A stretch of DNA of 64,000 nt. Origin: an uncultured Acidimicrobiia bacterium. Lineage in GTDB: Bacteria > Acidobacteriota > Terriglobia > Versatilivoradales > Versatilivoraceae. This document shows, one piece after another, positions 57,721 through 64,000 of the stretch; the stretch's first letter is position 1; each line of letters opens with the position of its first letter. Where the stretch lies: assembly GCA_963786955.1 (NCBI GenBank), contig CAWBAT010000008.1:128001-192000 (forward strand), given 5' to 3'. The translations under genes were made by a program, and so were the position numbers. A model generated the notes under the pieces. The model was given only the letters and a program-made list of their open reading frames with translations, had not been told where the DNA came from and did not search any database.

Positions 57721-58728
57721 ATGACGGGACGAGAACGCGTGATTGCGATGTTAGAGGGCAAGGCAGTGGATCATCTCCCCTTAATGCCGATTACCATGAT
57801 GTTTGCGGCGGATCAACTAGGGGTGAAGTATGGGAACTACGCCCGGGACCATCGGGTGATGGTTGATGCCCAGCTCAAAACGGCCGCAGAATTTGGTTTT
57901 GATTATGTTTCTACAATTTCCGATCCGGCTCGGGAGGCCGCCGATTATGGTGCAAACGTAGAATGGTACGAGGATCAACCGCCTGCCCTGATCGAAAGTG
58001 AAGCGCTTCTTTCTGAGAAAAGCCAATTAAGGCGTCTCCAACCACTCAATCCGCGGGGAGGCGGGCGAATGCATGATCGGATCCAAGGAATTGAGCTATT
58101 CCGGAAACGGATCGGGCTCGAAAAATTTGTGGAAGGCTGGGTGGAAGGTCCGTGTGCTGAGGCTTCCGATTTGCGGGGAATCAATCGCTTGATGGTCGAT
58201 TTCTACGACGATCCTTCTTTTGTTCGCGACCTCTTTGAATTCCTGGTGGAAAACGCAATCTCCTGCGCAAAAGAGCAGATTGAGGCAGGCGCTGACATCA
58301 TTGGTGTTGGTGACGCTGCCGCCTCTTTAGTGGGACCCAAAATCTATGAAAAGTTCGTATGGACCTTTGAAAAAAAACTAGTGGACGGTATCCATGCGGC
58401 TGGCGGGCGGGTCCGCCTGCACATCTGCGGAAATACTCGCAAAATTCTCGACGGGATTGGCAATCTGGGTTGCGACATCGTGGATCTGGATTTCCTTGTG
58501 CCTGTCCGGGAGGCCCGTGAACAGATGGGTCCACGACAAGTCTTGTTAGGGAACATCGATCCCGTCAGGGTGCTGCGAAACTGCGATCCCGAGAGTGTCA
58601 CGTCAGCGATTGCGGAATGCCATCAGCAAGCGGGTAGCCGTTATATCGTGAGTGCGGGATGTGAGGTTGTAAGAGACACACCTCATGAGAATGTTCGGGC
58701 GCTGGCGAATTATGCTGTTTCCCATTGA
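57721..58728 (+). CDS. Uroporphyrinogen decarboxylase family protein (MtaA/CmuA-like)
   Basis: MTGRERV, EGP..EA..LRG, IEAGADII, Zn-type LHICG, LLGNIDPV and SAGCEV..TP.EN. Confidence 0.85.
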   Translation: MTGRERVIAMLEGKAVDHLPLMPITMMFAADQLGVKYGNYARDHRVMVDAQLKTAAEFGFDYVSTISDPAREAADYGANVEWYEDQPPALIESEALLSEKSQLRRLQPLNPRGGGRMHDRIQGIELFRKRIGLEKFVEGWVEGPCAEASDLRGINRLMVDFYDDPSFVRDLFEFLVENAISCAKEQIEAGADIIGVGDAAASLVGPKIYEKFVWTFEKKLVDGIHAAGGRVRLHICGNTRKILDGIGNLGCDIVDLDFLVPVREAREQMGPRQVLLGNIDPVRVLRNCDPESVTSAIAECHQQAGSRYIVSAGCEVVRDTPHENVRALANYAVSH

Positions 58729-58765
58729 ATTTCCGCGGGTGTCCGGGACTGCTGCACGAATTCCG

Positions 58766-59107
58766 CTAGTTATCCTTTTTGACGGGTGCGTAAATTGGAG
58801 TCGGCATTGCAGTGATTTTCCCTCCCGTTTCCGGCATCGGGAGAATCTTGCTGGTTCCCCGTTTTTCTACCTCATCCACTCGGACCACGGCATGCATCGG
58901 AATGAAAGTCCGCTCCACGCCTGAAAACTCTCTCTGGAGGGCCTCTTCCGAAGGGTCCACCACGACGGACAGCTTTTCTCCAAAAAGAAGCCCTTCGACT
59001 TCAATGAAGCCGAATAATCCCCCCTGGGATACACTTCTGGCGTAGACCTCGTAGACCTTGCCCTGGTTATAGAAAATAACTTTGTAGATTTGTTTTTTTG
59101 GAGGCAT
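58766..59107 (-). CDS. DUF1820 family protein
   Basis: IYKVIFYNQGKVYEVYAR..LFGFIEVE..VVVDPSEEAL.REF.GV..IPMHAVVRVDEVEK.G. Confidence 0.88.
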   Translation of the reverse strand: MPPKKQIYKVIFYNQGKVYEVYARSVSQGGLFGFIEVEGLLFGEKLSVVVDPSEEALQREFSGVERTFIPMHAVVRVDEVEKRGTSKILPMPETGGKITAMPTPIYAPVKKDN

Positions 59108-59404
59108 TGATTCTATTCACTAAATTAAATGAAACCATTGAGAAAAAGTGCCACCGAAATCACCCGAGCGTGAATGTGGCCTGCTGGCGTGGGCAAAGCT
59201 AGAGCAAAGATATCCCGGAATCAGTCTTCCCTTGTTCATATGTTCATACATGAATTGCTCGACCGATTCGTGTCCCAGCAGGTTGGGTGGGTGGGATTCG
59301 ATCGGGCGGACCAGCCAACGATGAGATGACACAAATTGCAACCGTATATTAAACTGTTAGAATCAATCTGTCTTTTGAAATGTTTTTTCCAGGAAGGGTG
59401 AGCC

Positions 59405-60532
59405 ATGGCAGAAAATGTGTTTGAACGGCTTGAGAGTCTTTTGTCGAGGCGGAATCCTGAATCCGTCTTTGAATTCCTGGAAGGACAGTTTCGCGAGGAG
59501 AAGAGATATCCCCATTTATTCGAGACTTTGCTGATGCGAAAACGGTGCGAAATGGGATTGCCACTGATTCAAACGGGACCGCTGGATCTCCAGGATCCAC
59601 AGCGCAAGGACTATGAAGAGAGCTTCATCCGTGCCGCTCGAGAAGTTGGGGCACTGTATCTGGCTGACGGGAATGTACCCCGGGCCTGGCCGTATTTTCG
59701 GGCGATCGGGGAGACGGCTCCAGTGGCTGCCGCCATCGAGCGAATCGAGGAGATCGAAGATATTGGGCCGATCGTCGAAATTGCTTTTTACGAGAAGGTC
59801 CATCCCGTGAAGGGTTTCGAGCTTATTTTGAACCAGTACGGGAGTTGCCGGGCGATCAGTAGCCTGATGCAATACCCGGGCGTGGAGGGTCGTGAAGAGT
59901 GCCTGGTCATTCTGGTCCGCCGGTTGGAGTCCGAGTTGTTTGAAAATTTGAAACGCACCATCGAACAGGTGGAGGGGAAGACACCTGAAGCGCAGAGCGT
60001 GTCTCAACTCGTTGGCGGGCGTGAATGGCTGTTTGAGAATCATGCGTATTATATCGACACCTCCCATATCCAATCCGTTCTGCAAATGAGTATTGACTCC
60101 AAGAACGATGTCACTCACCGGCGGGCGCTTGAGCTGGCCGAATACGCAACGCATTTGTCGTCTATGTATCAATACGCGGGGCAGCCGCCATTTGAGGGTT
60201 TTGGGGATTATGCCGTCTATTTTCGCACTTTGCTGGGAATCTCGGCGGAAGAAGGCGTTCGGTACTTCAATAATAAATTGGAGGCGACCGATTTCGAACA
60301 GGTGGGGAGTGGTCCGGCTCAACTCGTGGTGAATCTGCTGGTCAGGCTCGGGCGTCAGCAGGAGGCCCTGGATGTATTTCTAAAATATCTGCGGAAGACC
60401 GATCCTACTCAGCTGAACTGTCCTAATGCCGTTCAATTGTGTCAGATGGCTAGCGCCTATGATCGGTTAAAGGAAGTCTCCTTGCAAGACAACGATTTGC
60501 TGAGCTTTGCGGCCGCTTCGTTGCAAGCCTGA
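59405..60532 (+). CDS. Conserved hypothetical helical protein
   Basis: 375-aa ORF with a purine-rich RBS and normal composition; no catalytic motif recognised. Confidence 0.75.
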   Translation: MAENVFERLESLLSRRNPESVFEFLEGQFREEKRYPHLFETLLMRKRCEMGLPLIQTGPLDLQDPQRKDYEESFIRAAREVGALYLADGNVPRAWPYFRAIGETAPVAAAIERIEEIEDIGPIVEIAFYEKVHPVKGFELILNQYGSCRAISSLMQYPGVEGREECLVILVRRLESELFENLKRTIEQVEGKTPEAQSVSQLVGGREWLFENHAYYIDTSHIQSVLQMSIDSKNDVTHRRALELAEYATHLSSMYQYAGQPPFEGFGDYAVYFRTLLGISAEEGVRYFNNKLEATDFEQVGSGPAQLVVNLLVRLGRQQEALDVFLKYLRKTDPTQLNCPNAVQLCQMASAYDRLKEVSLQDNDLLSFAAASLQA

Positions 60533-60578
60533 ACGGGCCGGCATCACCCTGATTCTTCTAATAAGCGGTAGAATAAGG

Positions 60579-60608
60579 TTGACAGACTTTGTACCGCCTC
60601 CCTATAAT
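60579..60608 (+). promoter_or_regulatory. Consensus sigma70 promoter of the rplU operon
   Basis: TTGACA (60579-84), 18 nt, TATAAT (60603-08). Confidence 0.85.
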
Positions 60609-60641
60609 TTCGGTTTCTTTGTGTTGGGAGGGAAAGTTCTT

Positions 60642-60956
60642 ATGCATGCAGTGATTAAGTCCGGCGGAAAACAATACAAGGTTTCACCTGGCGATGTAGT
60701 TCGTCTCGAACGGCTGGAAAAAGAGCTCGGAGCTGTTGTCGAATTTGATCAGGTTCTCTTGATCAGTGACGGGAGCAAAGCCACGGTAGGCAATCCTTTG
60801 ATTGCAAATGCTCAGGTCTTGGGCACCGTTGTGGAAGAAGCCAAGGCAAAGAAGGTCATTATCTTCAAATTCAAGCGCAAGAAACAGTATAAGGTGACAC
60901 GAGGTCATCGCCAACCGTACACCGCCGTACAAATTAATGATATCAAACTAAGTTAA
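60642..60956 (+). CDS. rplU: 50S ribosomal protein L21
   Basis: MHAVIKSGGKQYKV..KVIIFKFKRKK.Y..RGHRQPYT. Confidence 0.98.
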   Translation: MHAVIKSGGKQYKVSPGDVVRLERLEKELGAVVEFDQVLLISDGSKATVGNPLIANAQVLGTVVEEAKAKKVIIFKFKRKKQYKVTRGHRQPYTAVQINDIKLS

Positions 60957-60974
60957 TTTTGCTGGGAGATCGAG

Positions 60975-61235
60975 ATGGCACACAAGAAGGGTGTCGGTAG
61001 TTCCAGAAATGGTCGCGATTCTAACGCGCAGCGTCTTGGCGTGAAACGGTTCGGCGGCCAGTGGGTGTCTGGAGGGTCCATTTTGGTAAGGCAGCGCGGG
61101 ACCCGCTTTAAGCCGGGTCTCAATGTAGGAATCGGCAAAGATGATACGCTCTTTGCCAAGGTTTCTGGTGTCGTTCAGTTTCAGGATAAGGGCCTGAATG
61201 GGAGGTTTGTGAGCATCACGCCTTCCGTTAATTAA
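60975..61235 (+). CDS. rpmA: 50S ribosomal protein L27
   Basis: [40 protein letters not shown]. Confidence 0.98.
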   Translation: MAHKKGVGSSRNGRDSNAQRLGVKRFGGQWVSGGSILVRQRGTRFKPGLNVGIGKDDTLFAKVSGVVQFQDKGLNGRFVSITPSVN

Positions 61236-61276
61236 TCTGTATTCCGATCCAACTCAATTGAGTCTTTGCTTCCAAG

Positions 61277-61326
61277 ATCCCCTGTTCTATTGGATAAGAT
61301 TCCTTAGGCAGGGGATTTGTTTTTTT
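61277..61326 (+). terminator. Possible partial terminator/attenuator between rpmA and obgE
   Basis: ATCCCCTG..CAGGGGAT stem followed by TTGTTTTTTT; the loop is unusually long. Confidence 0.35.
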
Positions 61327-61331
61327 GTCAC

Positions 61332-62336
61332 ATGTTTTTAGATCAAACAAAAATTAGCATCAAAGCCGGTGATGGTGGTTCCGGATGCATGGCCTTTCGC
61401 CGGGAAAAATATGTTCCCCGGGGAGGTCCCAGCGGTGGCGATGGGGGGAGAGGTGGACACGTGTACCTCGAATCGACCCTCCGGCATAATACACTCATCC
61501 AATTTCGATATAAGCACATTTTTGAGGCAGAGCGGGGCGAACATGGCATGGGGAGCAATTGCCACGGCCGCGACGGGGAGGATTTGATCCTCCAGGTTCC
61601 TGTCGGGACCATGGTCTTTGACCAGGATCGACAGGAAATGGTCCACGATTTTTCTCAACCCGATGAGCGTATCTTGTTCTGCGTGGGCGGTCGCGGAGGG
61701 AGAGGGAATGCCCAGTTTGCGACGTCCACGAATCGAGCGCCTCGACGCTGGGAAACGGGCTTCCCCGGAGAATCACTAAATCTCCGCCTCGAGTTGAAAC
61801 TTCTGGCGGATGTCGGCCTGGTCGGTTTCCCTAACGTCGGCAAATCAACCCTGATATCCCGAATCTCAGCGGCCCGGCCCAAAATTGGAGATTATCCCTT
61901 TACAACCTTACAGCCGAACCTGGGAGTTGTGGAGCTGGAAGATTTTAAGAGCTTTGTCGTTGCCGATATGCCCGGGTTAATTGAAGGCGCTCATCTGGGC
62001 CATGGCCTGGGGCTACAGTTTCTGAAACATATCGAAAGAACCAAGCTGCTGGTCCATCTGGTGGACCTCTCGGACCAGCACGGGCGGGATCCGGTGGATG
62101 ATTTTGAGACGGTAAACCGGGAGTTAAATGAATTTAATGACATGATGTTAAAGAAACCCATGCTGCTGGTTGGGTCCAAACTGGATGCCATGGATGATCC
62201 AAAGCGCCTGGAAAAGTTGAAACTGCTTGCAAAAAGCAAGGGGCTTGAATTTCAATCCATCTCAGCAGCTACTGGAGTGGGTATTCAGGATCTGAAAAAC
62301 AAAGTGGCGCAGTTATTGGAACGAATTGAGCATTAA
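61332..62336 (+). CDS. obgE: GTPase ObgE/CgtA
   Basis: Gly-rich Obg fold ([18 protein letters not shown]); G1 [18 protein letters not shown] and FLKHIER. Confidence 0.98.
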   Translation: MFLDQTKISIKAGDGGSGCMAFRREKYVPRGGPSGGDGGRGGHVYLESTLRHNTLIQFRYKHIFEAERGEHGMGSNCHGRDGEDLILQVPVGTMVFDQDRQEMVHDFSQPDERILFCVGGRGGRGNAQFATSTNRAPRRWETGFPGESLNLRLELKLLADVGLVGFPNVGKSTLISRISAARPKIGDYPFTTLQPNLGVVELEDFKSFVVADMPGLIEGAHLGHGLGLQFLKHIERTKLLVHLVDLSDQHGRDPVDDFETVNRELNEFNDMMLKKPMLLVGSKLDAMDDPKRLEKLKLLAKSKGLEFQSISAATGVGIQDLKNKVAQLLERIEH

Positions 62337-62400
62337 GGAACCAACATGAAAAGTTAGAATGATACCTCTCTCCCCAACGCGGGAGAGGGTTGGGGGAGGA

Positions 62401-62423
62401 CGGCGGTCATAGACCGCCGCTAC
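62401..62423 (-). repeat. GTAG-footed REP
   Basis: Minus strand GTAG-CGGCGGTC-TAT-GACCGCCG; relative at 49356-49377. Confidence 0.7.
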
Positions 62424-62437
62424 AGGAACACTTCAGG

Positions 62438-63103
62438 ATGGTGGAGCAGAACTTGCGGCTGGGAATTTTTGGAGGGACCTTCGATCCCGTTCATCGTGGG
62501 CATTTGCAAATTGCTAAGATTGCCCTGCAGTTGGCGACTCTGGACCAGGTGCATTTTGTCACCTCTGTTTATCCGCCGCACAAGTCTGAAAAAAACCACG
62601 CTAACTTCCTCGATCGCCATGCCATGGTGGCCTTGGCAGTGCAAGGACAGAAACACTTTGTCCCGTCCAGTATCGAAGCCAGTCGGCCCGGGAAATCATA
62701 CTCTATTGATACAATCCGCTATTTCAGGCGTTATGCGGGAGAAAAGGGGAAATTATTTTTCATCATCGGGTCGGATGCCTTCCTTGAAATCACGAGTTGG
62801 AAGGATTACGAGCAGTTCCCATCACTGTGCAACTTCCTGGTTTTTGCGCGTCCAGGCTTCACAACAAATGACCTGGGTCACCCGTTTTACAAAAACTTTT
62901 CGTGGAGGCCATTGACGAGAGGTCACGTCTCAGGCAAGAAGGGACCACTCGATCACGGCATGTACTTGGTTCGCTCCTATTCCAGTCCCATTTCGTCAAC
63001 AGGAATTCGGCAGAAGGTCCAGCGGGGACGTTCAATCATCCGCTTTGTCCCCAAGGGAGTCCAAGAGTATATTGAAAAGGTGGGACTCTACCGGAGTGCA
63101 TGA
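62438..63103 (+). CDS. nadD: Nicotinate-nucleotide adenylyltransferase
   Basis: GIFGGTFDPVHRGH, PPHK, SYSIDT, FIIGSD and ISSTGIR. Confidence 0.96.
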   Translation: MVEQNLRLGIFGGTFDPVHRGHLQIAKIALQLATLDQVHFVTSVYPPHKSEKNHANFLDRHAMVALAVQGQKHFVPSSIEASRPGKSYSIDTIRYFRRYAGEKGKLFFIIGSDAFLEITSWKDYEQFPSLCNFLVFARPGFTTNDLGHPFYKNFSWRPLTRGHVSGKKGPLDHGMYLVRSYSSPISSTGIRQKVQRGRSIIRFVPKGVQEYIEKVGLYRSA

Positions 63104-63482
63104 TTCTGAGAAGGTCGAGGAAAAAAACTTGCAAATAAACGATCCATTCATACAACGAGCGATTGCAGCCGCGCAGGATAAAAAGGCGCTAGATCTTGTG
63201 CTTCTAGATCTCAATAAAGTTGGGTCATTTACAGATTGCTTTATCATCTGTTCAGGAACATCCGCTCCGCAAAACCAGGCAATTGCAAACGAGATCGAGC
63301 TAAGCCTCAAGAAGATGCAACGACGCCCGAATCATATTGAAGGGTATGGTCAGGCGGAATGGATTCTGTTAGATTATTCCGATTTCATCGTCCATATCCT
63401 ATTGCCGAAGGCCAGGAGTTTTTACAATCTGGAACGGTTGTGGCGAGATGTCCCGAGAATGGATATTCCAGAGGCTGTGTAA
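63096..63482 (+). CDS. rsfS: Ribosome silencing factor
   Basis: DKKALD, FTDCFIICSG, EG..EWILLDY.D.IVHI and FYNLERLW; the start is approximate (GTG). Confidence 0.95.
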   Translation: MHDSEKVEEKNLQINDPFIQRAIAAAQDKKALDLVLLDLNKVGSFTDCFIICSGTSAPQNQAIANEIELSLKKMQRRPNHIEGYGQAEWILLDYSDFIVHILLPKARSFYNLERLWRDVPRMDIPEAV

Positions 63483-63628
63483 GCGAGCTTTTTTTTCTTC
63501 AGGTAGGATGTTCCCCGCAGGCTCTGGCATGAAGGCTATGGCCGTCATCCCGTTTCGAAGGGGGATTCTTTTCGAATCTGCTTTTGGAAATGGCGTTCTA
63601 CCAATCCGGCGGAGGAGTGGGCCCTACA

Positions 63629-64000
63629 GTGAAGATCACCTTGCTTTGGATTGGCAAGACCAAGAATAATTCTCTTCATAGCCTGATTGAAGACTACTGG
63701 AAAAGGCTCAGCCACTTCTGTGAATTGTCTTTGATTGAAATTCGAGCGATTCAAGAAGATGCCCCTAATCGTCTGGTCACCCGGGAAGGGGAAAAAATTC
63801 TCGCTAAAATCCAGCCGGAGGATTTTCTAGTTCTCCTGGATTCTCAAGGGAAGTCCTACACTTCAGAGGAATTCTCCCACCTCGTCTCAACTTACAGAGA
63901 TCGTTCGCTGGCGAAGATAGTGTTTGTCATCGGAGGGCCCAGCGGGGTTTCACCCGCAGTTCGGAAGCGAGCCAACCTTTCGTTCTCCCTGTCTCGTATG
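63629..64000 (+). CDS. rlmH: 23S rRNA m3Psi1915 methyltransferase (partial, runs off the window)
   Basis: GTG KITLLWIGKTK..Y.KRL..EGEKIL..LLDSQGK..SEEF..FVIGGPSG..LSRM; canonical position after rsfS; not in the ORF track. Confidence 0.93.
   Translation, partial: MKITLLWIGKTKNNSLHSLIEDYWKRLSHFCELSLIEIRAIQEDAPNRLVTREGEKILAKIQPEDFLVLLDSQGKSYTSEEFSHLVSTYRDRSLAKIVFVIGGPSGVSPAVRKRANLSFSLSRM

Noticed and set aside
57721-58728. Annotation as hemE
   Set aside because: It lacks the HemE RQAGR motif and carries the Zn-type HxC/GC signature of the MtaA/CmuA-like branch.

Overview
Bacterial chromosome segment, probably from an Acidobacteriota-like genome (inferred from the DUF1549/DUF1553 + DUF1501 pair, a CRTAC1/ASPIC-UnbV protein and many Tat-exported glycosidases). 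There are four zones. (1) 1-7 kb: a planctomycete-cytochrome/DUF1501 pair, a truncated DoxX with ChrA, and pirin. (2) 7-45 kb: a large carbohydrate-utilisation region (GH13-like, two GH51, GH127-like, GH3, GH116, several unassigned Tat-exported hydrolases, two sugar MFS). Embedded in it is an operon of two tandem glycyl-radical enzymes with an atypical GCHW Cys loop, their activase and a FucP-like transporter, and a RAYT transposase lies nearby. (3) 45-54 kb: an integrase-less accessory patch next to the 3' end of tRNA-Ser(GGA), with a WYL regulator divergent from an ARPP-1/DUF6569-like gene, a methyltransferase plus frameshifted TPR lipoprotein and BrnTA bounded by composite REP repeats, DUF1801, an MFS and a GYD protein. 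(4) 55-64 kb: housekeeping genes (deoC, UroD-like, rplU-rpmA-obgE-nadD-rsfS-rlmH). Several REP/palindrome families fill the intergenic spaces. No CRISPR array or rRNA was seen. The best candidates for undescribed biology are the GCHW glycyl-radical operon, the WYL/ARPP-1 module and the REP-bounded gene cassettes. All family calls come from motif recognition by eye; no database search was run.
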